NCBI RefSeq assembly: GCF_042675745.1
Contig: NZ_JBHTJM010000002.1
Coordinates: forward strand, 96,563 to 160,562
Length of the DNA stretch: 64,000 nucleotides
Reading direction: 5' to 3'
From: Pseudofulvibacter geojedonensis
Lineage (GTDB): Bacteria; Bacteroidota; Bacteroidia; Flavobacteriales; Flavobacteriaceae
Made by a program: the position numbers and the translations under genes. Shown one piece after another: positions 1 to 9,966 of this stretch; the stretch's first letter is position 1, and every line of letters begins with the position of its first letter. Below the pieces are notes generated by a model. That model did not search any database. It saw only the letters and a list, made by a program, of their open reading frames with translations, and was not told where the DNA came from.

Positions 1-14
1 GTAAACATTATTCC

Positions 15-797
15 TTAATTGTTTATTTTATTTAAACTATCTATTGTTAATTCTTCTTCAAAAAGAAATTTATTCTTTTCTATTTTTTCAATAGACCAAT
101 TCCACCATTCAAGCTCTTCAAGTTTATCTATAACCTCTTTTTCAAATCTATAAGTAATAACTTTAGCAGGAGATCCAGCAACAATACTATAGGCAGGAAC
201 ATCTTTAGTTACAACACTATTTGCTGCAACTATTGCTCCATTATTAATGGTTAACCCTCCCAAAATAACACTATGAGCTCCTATCCATACATCATTTTTA
301 ATTTCAATATTTCCTTTACTTACTCTCTCATTAGACCATTTTTCATTAAATAAATTTTGCCCTATAAAATAGGTCGTAATTTTTTTATAGTTATGATTAA
401 ATACCTGCATAGACACATTACGAGCAATAGAACAAAAGCTCCCAATTGAAACCTCTTGTTCTTTTCTGGTTATAATATCAATATTTGGTCCCCAAAGTGA
501 GGAGTATTTATCTATTTTTATATTTCCAACTAAATTACACTTATACAACTTAGTATTTTCTTTTATTTCGCAATTTCCTTCTAATACAGCTTCTTCTATA
601 TAGGCTTTATTACCAATAGAACCCTTAAAAAAAAGAGTAGACTTTATAACCTTACTTTCATTTCCTAAAGTTACCTGATTAGATATTTTACTTCCTATTA
701 CTTTAGTAGATGATGGATAACTTATTGCTATAGAATTAAGTTTATCTAATTCCTTTTTTAAAGTCCTAATTATTTTATTTTTTATTCTAATAAGCAT
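15..797 (-). CDS. Hexapeptide-repeat (LbH) sugar O-/N-acetyltransferase
   Basis: The C-terminal half contains left-handed beta-helix hexapeptide repeats (IGAHSVILGGLTINNGAIVAANSVVTKDVPAYSIVAGSPAKVI), typical of WbbJ/maltose-acetyltransferase-like enzymes. It is the last gene of the minus-strand polysaccharide cluster. Confidence 0.75.
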   Translation of the reverse strand: MLIRIKNKIIRTLKKELDKLNSIAISYPSSTKVIGSKISNQVTLGNESKVIKSTLFFKGSIGNKAYIEEAVLEGNCEIKENTKLYKCNLVGNIKIDKYSSLWGPNIDIITRKEQEVSIGSFCSIARNVSMQVFNHNYKKITTYFIGQNLFNEKWSNERVSKGNIEIKNDVWIGAHSVILGGLTINNGAIVAANSVVTKDVPAYSIVAGSPAKVITYRFEKEVIDKLEELEWWNWSIEKIEKNKFLFEEELTIDSLNKINN

Positions 798-807
798 TTA
801 AAAAATA

Positions 808-1959
808 TTAATTGATCGTAGATATCACTGTTTTTAACTCTTCTTCCAATACACTTGAAGACAGTATACCTAACAAAACATTTCTATTATGATCTATTTC
901 TATCGTTTGTAATTGATTCTTAATATTTTGCTCATTAAAATCATTCTCATAACAATAAACATTTACTCCCTTCTCTTTTAAAAAATGATAAAAAGTATTT
1001 TTTTTACTTAAAAACACCTTTGCTCCCATCCAAATTAACGCTATTGTATTCCCTACTGCTTGTTGTCTTCTGTTATTAAAAACAACTACTTTACATTTTT
1101 TTATTATGCTATTGTATTCATCTAAAGCCAAAAAGCTAGTCAATGGACTAAACTTTTCACCAAATAAACGCTCTCCAAACTCAAGTATTTCTTTTATATA
1201 ATGGTTGTCTCCATAGCTTAAAGGAGCAACTATTTCTTTAAAATAAGAGTTACAATTCTCTAGTTTTTTAAAAGTATCTATATGGTTAGCATAAGGAACT
1301 CCTGAATGACCAATAAGTATATTGGTTTTATCTGCTTCTACAGCTAAGTCGTTTACATTTATTATTTCTTCTAGAGGATAATACCAAAAAGGGAAAAACT
1401 TTTTCTTATAACCTATAATTTTCTGAATATATTCATATTCATTTTTAAAAGAGCTCCCTAAATAGTCAATTCTTTCCATGGCTAGTTTTTTTAGCTCATA
1501 TTCAGAATAAGGCAATTTCTTTTTAAGTAATCTATAATAAGGCCTGCTCCATTCTTTAAAACGAGTCTTAAATTCTCTTCTCTTTTGACCGTATTTACCG
1601 AACGTTATTTGATCATATAACATTTTATCCGGAAACAATCTTTTATCATTATAAACCTCAAATCCAAAACATAACCAAACACATTTTACTTCTTTAGGTA
1701 AGTTTATTACTAAATTATAAAACCTAGGAACTAAACTATGGAATATGACTAAATCTGAACTTTTAATAGTTGAAAAAATTTCGACTTCAGGAGAATTAAC
1801 AATAACCTCGTTAATATTTTTTATTCTTTTTATTTTATTTTCTCCATCATCTGTAAACACATAAAATACATTCTTTCTAGGCATTACCTTTTCAAATTGC
1901 CTAATTGCAGAATCTATAAATATTCTATCTTCTGCTATATGTATAACTCTGTTAACCAT
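808..1959 (-). CDS. GT56-family glycosyltransferase, WecF-like (TDP-Fuc4NAc:lipid II 4-alpha-L-fucosaminyltransferase family)
   Basis: It is colinear by eye with E. coli WecF (N-term VIHIAEDRIF; ILIGHSGVPYANHID resembles ILVGNSGDRSNQHIAAL; C-terminal KCKVVVFNNRRQQAVGNTIALIWMGAKVFL resembles the WecF C-terminus). It sits next to a WecE-like aminotransferase. Confidence 0.6.
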   Translation of the reverse strand: MVNRVIHIAEDRIFIDSAIRQFEKVMPRKNVFYVFTDDGENKIKRIKNINEVIVNSPEVEIFSTIKSSDLVIFHSLVPRFYNLVINLPKEVKCVWLCFGFEVYNDKRLFPDKMLYDQITFGKYGQKRREFKTRFKEWSRPYYRLLKKKLPYSEYELKKLAMERIDYLGSSFKNEYEYIQKIIGYKKKFFPFWYYPLEEIINVNDLAVEADKTNILIGHSGVPYANHIDTFKKLENCNSYFKEIVAPLSYGDNHYIKEILEFGERLFGEKFSPLTSFLALDEYNSIIKKCKVVVFNNRRQQAVGNTIALIWMGAKVFLSKKNTFYHFLKEKGVNVYCYENDFNEQNIKNQLQTIEIDHNRNVLLGILSSSVLEEELKTVISTIN

Positions 1960-1962
1960 TAA

Positions 1963-3093
1963 CTAATTCTTATTAAAAAATTCGAGTATATTTTTAATAA
2001 CTAAAACTTGATCCTCTTTTTCTAACTCATAGTATAATGGCAACCTCAATAAAGTATCAGAATAATTCTCTACTGCCCTCAACTCTTTTCCTTCGTACAT
2101 GTCATTAAAAAACGGACTTTTATGCAATGATAAATAATGGAATACAGCTGTTATGTCTCTTTCTTTTAAAAAACGAATCAACGCTGTTCTTTCTTGTAAA
2201 GAAGAACATAATAAATAATACATATGAGCATTATTGGTACAGTTTTCTGGAATAGTAGGCAATTTAACTTGATTAGATTTCTCTAGTTTTTTTAACCCTT
2301 CATTATATGCATTCCAAATTTGCTTTCTTTTAGCTTGTATTTTATCTAGATTTTCTAATTGAGCCCATAAAAATGCCGAAATAATCTCAGAAGGTAAAAA
2401 AGAAGATCCTACATCTACCCATCCGTATTTATCAACTTCTCCTCTAAAAAAGGCTGAACGATTAGTTCCTTTCTCCCATATAATTTCTGATCGCTCTATA
2501 AACTCATCGTCATTAATAACTAACACTCCTCCTTCTCCAGATTGAATATTTTTAGTTTCATGAAAAGAGAAAGCCGCTAAATGACCTATACTTCCTAAAG
2601 GTTTTCCTTTGTAATAACTATCTATTGCTTGTGCTGCGTCTTCTACTACATATAACTTATGAGTATTTGCTATTTTCATTATTGCATCCATTTCACATGC
2701 TACACCTGCATAATGCACAACCACAATAGCTTTTGTCTTATTTGTTATAAGGTCTTCTAACTTAGATTCATCTATATTAGGATTATCTTTTCTAGAATCT
2801 GCAAAAATAATTTTAGCTCCTCTTAAAATAAATGCATTAGCTGTAGAAACAAATGTATAAGAAGGCATTATAACTTCATCTCCAGGTTGTATATTCAGTA
2901 ATATAGCACACATTTCTAAAGCATCTGTGCAACTTGTTGTTAGCAAGGCTTTTTTTACTCCTAACTTCTTTTCGAAATAAGCCTGACACTTTTTAGTAAA
3001 CATTCCATTACCCGAAATTTTACCTGAATTTACTGCTTCTTCAATATATTTGGTTTCGTTACCTGTTAAATATGGTTTGTTAAATGGAATCAT
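1963..3093 (-). CDS. wecE: DegT/DnrJ/EryC1 PLP-dependent sugar aminotransferase (dTDP-4-amino-4,6-dideoxygalactose transaminase, WecE-like)
   Basis: At 376 aa it is essentially full-length similar to E. coli WecE/RffA (MIPFNKPYLTGNE..., VIMPSYTFVSTANAF, FSFHETKN with the PLP lysine, VFHY..LH). Confidence 0.85.
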   Translation of the reverse strand: MIPFNKPYLTGNETKYIEEAVNSGKISGNGMFTKKCQAYFEKKLGVKKALLTTSCTDALEMCAILLNIQPGDEVIMPSYTFVSTANAFILRGAKIIFADSRKDNPNIDESKLEDLITNKTKAIVVVHYAGVACEMDAIMKIANTHKLYVVEDAAQAIDSYYKGKPLGSIGHLAAFSFHETKNIQSGEGGVLVINDDEFIERSEIIWEKGTNRSAFFRGEVDKYGWVDVGSSFLPSEIISAFLWAQLENLDKIQAKRKQIWNAYNEGLKKLEKSNQVKLPTIPENCTNNAHMYYLLCSSLQERTALIRFLKERDITAVFHYLSLHKSPFFNDMYEGKELRAVENYSDTLLRLPLYYELEKEDQVLVIKNILEFFNKN

Positions 3094-3095
3094 TA

Positions 3096-3728
3096 CTATC
3101 TTATAAATCTTGCAGGATTACCAACATACAATCCTTCTTTTTCTATATTGTTAATAAGCACAGTTCCTCCCCCCAGTTGAACATTGTTAACTGTAGTTAT
3201 ATTATCTATAACTGTGCTATTTATTCCTAAAATATTTTTTTCTCCAACAGCACAAAAACCTGCCAAAGCTACTCTAGGCGACAAAAAGCTATGAGCTCCT
3301 ATTTTGGTATCGTGTGCAACTGTTACAGCTACATTAAGCAAGCTATTCTCCTGTATCTCTACCTGAGCATCTATTAAGCAACCTGGGTAAATTACAACAC
3401 CATCTGCTATAATTGCACTTTCGTCTGCTATAACTGAACTGTGTATCAATTTACCAAAGGGAATTACTCCTTTAAGTTTTTTATAAATATTTGATTTAAA
3501 TTCAATGTGTTTATAACCAATTCCTATTAGAATAACATCAAAAACATTATTATTAAATGCCTCTTCAATTTCTGCTATTTTCCCTAAAACTGGAATATTT
3601 TTAACTAAAGCACCTTTTGGAGTAAAATCATCAAAAAAACCAACTACTTTATACTGCTTATCTGTTTCAGCATAATAAGCTATTTGTTGACCTAAATCTC
3701 CCGACCCTATAATAGCTAATCTTTTCAT
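3096..3728 (-). CDS. PglD/NeuD-family sugar N-/O-acetyltransferase (N-terminal Rossmann-like domain plus C-terminal hexapeptide domain)
   Basis: The N-terminus MKRLAIIGSGDLGQQIAYYA is followed by a C-terminal LbH repeat region (IGAHSFLSPRVALAGFCAVGEKNILGINSTV). The 210-aa size is typical of PglD/NeuD proteins. Confidence 0.75.
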   Translation of the reverse strand: MKRLAIIGSGDLGQQIAYYAETDKQYKVVGFFDDFTPKGALVKNIPVLGKIAEIEEAFNNNVFDVILIGIGYKHIEFKSNIYKKLKGVIPFGKLIHSSVIADESAIIADGVVIYPGCLIDAQVEIQENSLLNVAVTVAHDTKIGAHSFLSPRVALAGFCAVGEKNILGINSTVIDNITTVNNVQLGGGTVLINNIEKEGLYVGNPARFIR

Positions 3729-4366
3729 GCTTTTAAATAATCTTTAATTTCTTGAAAGCTCTTTATACTCTTATTATAGTTTGAATAAAATCCTTCTCTA
3801 TCTATTAAAACAGAATTCATATTACATTCCTTAGCTGGAATCATATCTAATTTAATAGAATCTCCTATGTAAAGTAATTCTTCTGGTTGAAAACCAGTTA
3901 AACTAATTGCTTTTTTATAAAACTTTTCATTAGGCTTTGCAACACCTAATTCTTCAGATATAGCATATGCTTTAAACTCTACACCTAGTAATGAGCTTAA
4001 CAGTTTTATTAGATTTTTATTAAAATTTGAAAAGACAAATAATGGTAAATCTATTTCTTTGAGTTCGGCAACATCATCATATATCTCCCAAGGTAGGTTC
4101 TTACAGGCGTAGAATATATCTTTTAACAATTGTTCTTTAGGAATTATACCTAAAGATAACAATAACTCACTATTAAATTTCTTATAAAACTCTTCGCCAG
4201 TAACATCTGGAAAAAAAACACATTCACTAATTAGTTTATGATGAAACATAAACTTTTTCATATCTATATCAAAACCGCTACCAACTAATACATTTAAATA
4301 AGCTTTATAAACTTCTGGTTTATAAATTAAGGTATTTGCCGCATCAAAAACAACTGCTTTAATCAT
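3725..4366 (-). CDS. HAD-superfamily hydrolase
   Basis: It has the N-terminal motif I VVFDAANTL (DxD-like nucleophile region) and the C-terminal motif YIGDSIKLD. Its start overlaps the upstream gene's stop by 4 nt. Confidence 0.7.
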   Translation of the reverse strand: MIKAVVFDAANTLIYKPEVYKAYLNVLVGSGFDIDMKKFMFHHKLISECVFFPDVTGEEFYKKFNSELLLSLGIIPKEQLLKDIFYACKNLPWEIYDDVAELKEIDLPLFVFSNFNKNLIKLLSSLLGVEFKAYAISEELGVAKPNEKFYKKAISLTGFQPEELLYIGDSIKLDMIPAKECNMNSVLIDREGFYSNYNKSIKSFQEIKDYLKA

Positions 4367-4371
4367 ACTTC

Positions 4372-5328
4372 TTAATAAATATAGGCATTTGATTCGTCAT
4401 TTAAATCTGGGTAAATAACATCCATCAATATTCTTATTGCTTTCCCCTTAGTTATTTTGGGTAGGTCTAATTTTTCTTTATATAAATACTCTTGCAAAGT
4501 ATATTTAACATCTTGAAATCCGAAATTATGTCTAATAGAGTTTGTTCCTGAAATTCTACAGTTAATTTCAAAAGGTACAATTTCTCCTTTATCAGTAACT
4601 ATAAATTGCATATTAGCGCTCCCTTTAATATCAATGCAATTGATTATTTTTAATAAAATATTTTTAATCTTATCATCATATTCAGTAACTACCTCACATT
4701 GTTTGGTAGCACCATTACTCAAGCTTCTCTCTAATGAAATAAAACCATGCAATTCATTATCTTTAGTTACATAAAATGCCGTTGTTAATTCCTTCCCTCT
4801 ATGTAGCTCTTGAATAAGGTAATCTTTATCTAGATAATTATATTGTTTTGGGTTAATTTCAATTCCCCTAGAACCTCTACCTTCTCTTGGTTTTGCTATG
4901 CACTCATTAAACTCTCCTTTATAATGAGATGGCAAAACAGATTGAGCAAATGGAATATTATTCTGTTTATGAAAGTTGTATGTTTTGTATTTATCTATAT
5001 AAACTTCTAAAGTTGAAAATGGTGAAGTAACTACAGTACAAGCTATTTTATTGATAAATTTTGACAAATAATATGATTCATAATCTGTAGAAGGCAAAAT
5101 TAAGTCTACTATTTCTTTTTTAACAATCTTTACTATTGAATCTACATAACCATCGTCATAAGCATATGGAGTAATATAAGTGGCATCACACAAATGATTA
5201 CCTTCTGTGAAAGCAATAACATTTGTTCCAATAATTTTAATATTATAAGATAAAGAACGGATGTTTCTAATAATTCCTTGACCAACATTCCCTCCTATTC
5301 CAGTAACAAGTACTACTTTTTCTTCCAT
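4372..5328 (-). CDS. ATP-grasp domain enzyme
   Basis: It has an N-terminal pre-ATP-grasp region (VLVTGIGGNVGQGIIRNI) and ATP-grasp core features (ELHRGKELT, E..N near the C-terminus). It lies between the HAD and SDR genes in the sugar-modification block. Confidence 0.65.
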   Translation of the reverse strand: MEEKVVLVTGIGGNVGQGIIRNIRSLSYNIKIIGTNVIAFTEGNHLCDATYITPYAYDDGYVDSIVKIVKKEIVDLILPSTDYESYYLSKFINKIACTVVTSPFSTLEVYIDKYKTYNFHKQNNIPFAQSVLPSHYKGEFNECIAKPREGRGSRGIEINPKQYNYLDKDYLIQELHRGKELTTAFYVTKDNELHGFISLERSLSNGATKQCEVVTEYDDKIKNILLKIINCIDIKGSANMQFIVTDKGEIVPFEINCRISGTNSIRHNFGFQDVKYTLQEYLYKEKLDLPKITKGKAIRILMDVIYPDLNDESNAYIY

Positions 5329-6158
5329 TCAATTAAAGATAATACCCCTTTATCTAAATTTATTTTAGGGTTAATTGCTAATATAAGATTTGTTTTAGAA
5401 TTGTCATAAACAAATGAAGGAGATAGATCTGAACCGTTAAACTTAATACTCACTTCTGGTAAATACGATTTAATCATTTCTGCTACTTCTCTATTAGAAT
5501 GCGATAGAGTATTCACTGCGAGATAAATTTCATTTTTTTTCTCTAAAGAAGCTTTATATAAATACTTTACTACATCACTTACATGAATATAATTTTGTTC
5601 TCTTTCGCCATTACCAAACAAACAAATAGTTTTCTTACTAATAGCATTGTCTATAATAATTGGCAAAAAAGTACTATTTGACATACCGCTTCCATACATA
5701 GATGAAATTCTAACTATTCCGTAATTTTTATGCTTACTAACTATTTGTTCTCCCCAAAACTTAGATATCCCATAAAAAGATTTTGGACTTATAACACTAT
5801 CTTCTTTAAGAACTTGGTTTGATAAATCGTATACTGAAACTGAAGAGCTGAAAACGATTCTAGCGTTTTTATTTTTTTGACAAATTTTGCTTACCAAAGA
5901 AACATTTGAATTAAACAAACTATCTAAATTATCTATAGAATCGCTATTAGGTATGAAAGCTGCTAAAATATAAACCGTAGTGTACTCTTTCTTACTCGAC
6001 AAGGCTTGTTCTATATTGATGTAATCTACACCTTCTATTGAATTGGCTCTATTTTTATGATATACACCAGTTACTTTTTGATTAAGGGAAATAAGGTATT
6101 TACATAAATAACTACCTAAAAAACCATTAGCTCCAACAACTAAATTTTCATTTTTCAT
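5313..6158 (-). CDS. NAD-dependent epimerase/dehydratase (extended SDR)
   Basis: It carries a GxxGxxG Rossmann motif (VVGANGFLGSYLCKYL) and a Y..K catalytic pair (YGISKFWGE). Confidence 0.75.
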   Translation of the reverse strand: MKNENLVVGANGFLGSYLCKYLISLNQKVTGVYHKNRANSIEGVDYINIEQALSSKKEYTTVYILAAFIPNSDSIDNLDSLFNSNVSLVSKICQKNKNARIVFSSSVSVYDLSNQVLKEDSVISPKSFYGISKFWGEQIVSKHKNYGIVRISSMYGSGMSNSTFLPIIIDNAISKKTICLFGNGEREQNYIHVSDVVKYLYKASLEKKNEIYLAVNTLSHSNREVAEMIKSYLPEVSIKFNGSDLSPSFVYDNSKTNLILAINPKINLDKGVLSLIEWKKK

Positions 6159-6298
6159 TCTTAAAACTTTGATTTAGTTTTTACAACGGTAAACTTCTTT
6201 TTCATTTTTAAAAAATAACTTTCAAACACCTAAATTAAAGCTATTTAGTTAAATAGCTTTAATAATGTTCAATATTAAAAGAGTTTAATCATTCTCTT

Positions 6299-7807
6299 TT
6301 ATATTTCTTCAATAGCTTTAATCAAATTAATCTGTGCTTTTTCTTTTAACCAAATTAACTCTCCAGCATCTTGCCAAGGTTTATCTAATTGTTTTGATAA
6401 ATAATCTTTTTCCCATTTCCAATTAGGAGAATCTATTTTTTTAACCTTAATCTTGAAAGTTGCATCATTTAATGATATTCCATTTTTACGGGCCCAAAAT
6501 GCAGTAAACCTAGCAATTCCATATTCAAACTTTTTAGGCTTTACTAGTGTTCCATTAGTTCTAAAGCCTAAAAAAGCCCATACAGATCCTGTGGCATTTT
6601 TATTTGCCATACCGTTCTCATTTACATACGGCAACCAAATTTCTTTTCCATCTTTTACATAAGTTATACCTACTACATGATTGTAACCATCAAAATGCCC
6701 ATCTAAAAAAACTGTATGATTTGTTATGCCTAATGTTACTTTTGAAAAAGCAGCAATATTCTTATTTACCATATTAAACCTACTATCTAAATTAAGCATA
6801 CTTAACACCTTGTAAACTTCTTTATTTAAAGGCTGCATAAAAGCTGCATTAAAGCTTGTATTTACTTGAAAAAATAGCATCGAAATAAACAAGACTTTTA
6901 AAATCATAAACTTTCTTTTCTGGGGAACTACTCCATAAGAAACATTTGATTTAAAGATCTTTTTTATATAAAAAACCAATTTTGTCGATACTTCCCAGGA
7001 GCTTATTTTTAAGAATAATTTATCCCATAAAGAAACAGGCACCATTAAAACATAAAAACTCATCATTCCTAAAGCAAAATATGGTATAGGGAACTCTAAT
7101 AAGATACCTAAATGCAAACCTACCCCAATAATCAATATGGGTATTCTGAGTTTTTTAATAAAGAAAACAAAAACAAATATAAACTCGAAAACTAATGTTA
7201 GATACCCTAAAAATAACATAAGGTATTTTTGATTTAACAACCACTGATCATTAAAAATAGTTATTTGAGGTGTTGATGCTGGCAACCATACTCCTAAACC
7301 ATTTAACCACATTTTAGATGTTAGCTTACATAATACAGAGTCAAAATACAAAAGTCCTACACATAAAAAAAGAGGGAAATAATAATACAAAACAGAAACT
7401 TTATGATCTGATGAATTATCTTGACTTATAAGCTTGTCTATAGAAAACTCTTTAGACAAAGGTAAAAACATAGCTAAAAAATTCATTCCACAATAAACAT
7501 AATCCATATGATACTCAAATGAACTAAGTGTAGAAATAAATATTAATGAAAATAAGTAATTTATAATAACCAAGAATCGAGTATGATAACCAATAACTAT
7601 AAATATTAGTATTGATAACCATATAATTAACGGGTAAGTAAAGTCTAATTCAAAAGGTTTTATAAAAGGTACAGTGTCAAAAAAAAGCTGTCTATTATTG
7701 TAAATATATTTAACTTCAAAAAAAAAGTTTAAAAAATATATAGCTCTAAAAACCCCTAAACCCGTGGCAGAAATTTTCTTTTCAAAAAGTTTATGCATCC
7801 ATTTCAT
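6299..7807 (-). CDS. HTTM-domain (vitamin K-dependent gamma-carboxylase-like) polytopic membrane protein with a C-terminal soluble domain
   Basis: The N-terminal LGVFRAIYFLNFFFEV signature is followed by at least 7 hydrophobic helices, as in HTTM domains. The remaining roughly 180 aa are hydrophilic and of unknown fold. Confidence 0.55.
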   Translation of the reverse strand: MKWMHKLFEKKISATGLGVFRAIYFLNFFFEVKYIYNNRQLFFDTVPFIKPFELDFTYPLIIWLSILIFIVIGYHTRFLVIINYLFSLIFISTLSSFEYHMDYVYCGMNFLAMFLPLSKEFSIDKLISQDNSSDHKVSVLYYYFPLFLCVGLLYFDSVLCKLTSKMWLNGLGVWLPASTPQITIFNDQWLLNQKYLMLFLGYLTLVFEFIFVFVFFIKKLRIPILIIGVGLHLGILLEFPIPYFALGMMSFYVLMVPVSLWDKLFLKISSWEVSTKLVFYIKKIFKSNVSYGVVPQKRKFMILKVLFISMLFFQVNTSFNAAFMQPLNKEVYKVLSMLNLDSRFNMVNKNIAAFSKVTLGITNHTVFLDGHFDGYNHVVGITYVKDGKEIWLPYVNENGMANKNATGSVWAFLGFRTNGTLVKPKKFEYGIARFTAFWARKNGISLNDATFKIKVKKIDSPNWKWEKDYLSKQLDKPWQDAGELIWLKEKAQINLIKAIEEI

Positions 7808-7814
7808 AAATAAA

Positions 7815-9089
7815 TTATGAATTTAAAACATTCCAGTTCAACTTTGGTCTTACAACCCCATTCACTTTTCCTAAAAATCCATTTTCTCTTTCTACATCTT
7901 TCACTTCAAAAACCAATAACTCAGATTTTAAATATATTCGTTTCATATTTTCATCATGAATATATAAACATATTTGGTATACATCATTGTTTAAAAAATT
8001 AGAAGGTATCGTACAAGTAACTATTGTTTCTTTAGATAAATTTGAATTGATCATACTACCTGAACCAAACACCACATCGCCTTTTAATGTCATTAAATCA
8101 TACCCTACAGATATCTGGCTATTCTGAGTTTTATTTAACAGTTTTATTTTAAGTATAAATTCATTTGTTATATCAATAACATCATAAATATTTGTTGAGG
8201 ATGTATTTTCTATACCCGCATATAAAATCTGTACAGAATCGTTCCCCTCAAAAATTCCTTTTTGTTCAAAATCGATTATTTTTTCATTTTGAGCACTTGA
8301 ATTTAAGTACTTAGAAATTACATCGCTAGGTCTTCCTTCAAATTCAACTTTTCCGTTATTTAAAGATATAGCTCTTGTACATAAAGTTTCTACCGCAGCC
8401 ATATTATGACTTACAAATAATACAGTTCTACCTTCACCGGTAGAGATATCTTGCATTTTACCAATGGCTTTTCTTTGAAATTCAGCATCACCTACAGCAA
8501 GAACTTCATCAACTACTAATATATCTGGCTCTAAATGAGCTGCAACAGCAAAAGCTAAACGAACTTTCATTCCAGAAGAGTATCTTTTCACAGGAGTATC
8601 TATATATCTTTGGCAGCCAGAAAACTCAATAATTTCATCAATCTTTAAATTGATTTCTTTTTTAGTCATCCCTAAAATAGCTCCATTCAAATAAATATTT
8701 TCTCTTCCTGTCATTTCTGGATGAAATCCTGTTCCAACTTCTAGTAAAGAAGCTATTCTTCCTTTAGATTTAATGCTTCCAGTTGTTGGCCCAGTAACTC
8801 TTGATAATATTTTAAGTAAAGTAGATTTTCCTGCCCCATTTTTACCAATAATCCCAAGCACTTCTCCTTTTTTAACCTCAAAATCAATATCTTTTATAGC
8901 CCAAACATACCCATGAGTACTTCCTGCAGTTGCTCTATCGTTTTCTTCTCCAACCTTTAAATAAGGATCTGATTTTCCTCTAATTTTGGCCCACCAACGA
9001 TTTACATCATGACTAATAGTTCCGGTACCTATAGTTCCTAATCTGTATTGTTTTGAGACATTACTAATTTTTAATATAACATCTTCCAT
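7815..9089 (-). CDS. wzt: Polysaccharide ABC exporter ATP-binding protein (Wzt/TagH-like) with a C-terminal carbohydrate-binding extension
   Basis: It has Walker A GKNGAGKSTLLKIL, the signature YSSGMKVRLAFAVA, Walker B ILVVDEVLAVGD and a C-terminal extension of about 170 aa typical of Wzt. Confidence 0.85.
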   Translation of the reverse strand: MEDVILKISNVSKQYRLGTIGTGTISHDVNRWWAKIRGKSDPYLKVGEENDRATAGSTHGYVWAIKDIDFEVKKGEVLGIIGKNGAGKSTLLKILSRVTGPTTGSIKSKGRIASLLEVGTGFHPEMTGRENIYLNGAILGMTKKEINLKIDEIIEFSGCQRYIDTPVKRYSSGMKVRLAFAVAAHLEPDILVVDEVLAVGDAEFQRKAIGKMQDISTGEGRTVLFVSHNMAAVETLCTRAISLNNGKVEFEGRPSDVISKYLNSSAQNEKIIDFEQKGIFEGNDSVQILYAGIENTSSTNIYDVIDITNEFILKIKLLNKTQNSQISVGYDLMTLKGDVVFGSGSMINSNLSKETIVTCTIPSNFLNNDVYQICLYIHDENMKRIYLKSELLVFEVKDVERENGFLGKVNGVVRPKLNWNVLNS

Positions 9090-9092
9090 ATA

Positions 9093-9956
9093 CTAAACTG
9101 TATCTATAAAGGACTTTTCAGTCTTGTTAAAAACAACCATACCAAACAACAATGTTATCAATGCTAAAGCAAAGATTTTAAGCATATCAACAAAAAGAAC
9201 ATCTCCTGTTCCTAAAATAATTCTTCTAAAAGATTCTATGATAGTCGTTAACGGGTTGTACTCAACTATCCATGAATATGCTGGCAACTTAGTTTTAACC
9301 AATTCTAATGGATAAACTACTGCAGATAAATACATTAACAACTGTACCCCAAAACTAACTAGAAAAGTTAAATCTCTATACTTAGTAACCATAGATGATA
9401 TTAACATTCCTATACCTAAACCAAACATTGCCATAAACAACACTAAAAAGGGTAAATAAAGCACACTTAATCCGATATTTACTTGCATACCATTAAAGGC
9501 ATAAATTGCATAAAATATAATAAACATCAGCATCTGTATTCCAAACTTTAACAAACCTGAAACCACTGTAGACATTGGCATAATAACTCTTGGAAAATAA
9601 ACCTTACCAAATATTGCTTGATTTTTTCTAAACGTGTCAGAAGTTTGCACTAAACAATCTTTAAAGTAATTCCAAGCTGTAATTCCTGCAAGGTTAAACA
9701 AAAAAGAAGGAACAGGATCGGTAGCAATATTAGCTATATTATTAAAAACCAATGTAAATATAACAGATGTAAACAAAGGCTGAATTATATACCACAACGG
9801 ACCTAAAATTGTTTGCTTATATACAGTTATTACATCTCTTTTTACAAACAAAAAAAGTAAATCTTTATAACTCCATACTTCTTTTAAATTAAGACTTAAA
9901 AGTTTAGTACTAGGTTTAATTTCGTATAACCACCTATCCTCATTATCTCTTTTCAT
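9093..9956 (-). CDS. wzm: ABC-2 type polysaccharide exporter permease (Wzm/TagG-like)
   Basis: It is a roughly 6-TM ABC-2 permease encoded immediately upstream of the Wzt ATPase. Confidence 0.8.
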   Translation of the reverse strand: MKRDNEDRWLYEIKPSTKLLSLNLKEVWSYKDLLFLFVKRDVITVYKQTILGPLWYIIQPLFTSVIFTLVFNNIANIATDPVPSFLFNLAGITAWNYFKDCLVQTSDTFRKNQAIFGKVYFPRVIMPMSTVVSGLLKFGIQMLMFIIFYAIYAFNGMQVNIGLSVLYLPFLVLFMAMFGLGIGMLISSMVTKYRDLTFLVSFGVQLLMYLSAVVYPLELVKTKLPAYSWIVEYNPLTTIIESFRRIILGTGDVLFVDMLKIFALALITLLFGMVVFNKTEKSFIDTV

Positions 9957-9966
9957 TAAAAGTGAT

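Noticed and set aside
6453-6662. Short plus- or minus-strand ORFs of 61-114 aa nested antisense or out-of-frame inside larger genes: 6453-6662, 7817-8002, 9124-9315, 14030-14239, 14034-14225, 16319-16510, 17220-17414, 21942-22142, 22327-22524, 24744-24941, 25843-26040, 28946-29152, 31498-31842, 32452-32652, 32821-33069, 35884-36069, 36075-36260, 37561-37788, 45761-46018, 47358-47684, 51815-52015, 53291-53518, 55676-55945, 57188-57466, 58147-58338, 59527-59736, 63105-63341
   Set aside because: Each lies wholly within a longer ORF that has recognisable domains. The translations are low-complexity (S/L/F/I-rich), as expected from reading AT-rich coding DNA in the wrong frame. None carries a motif.
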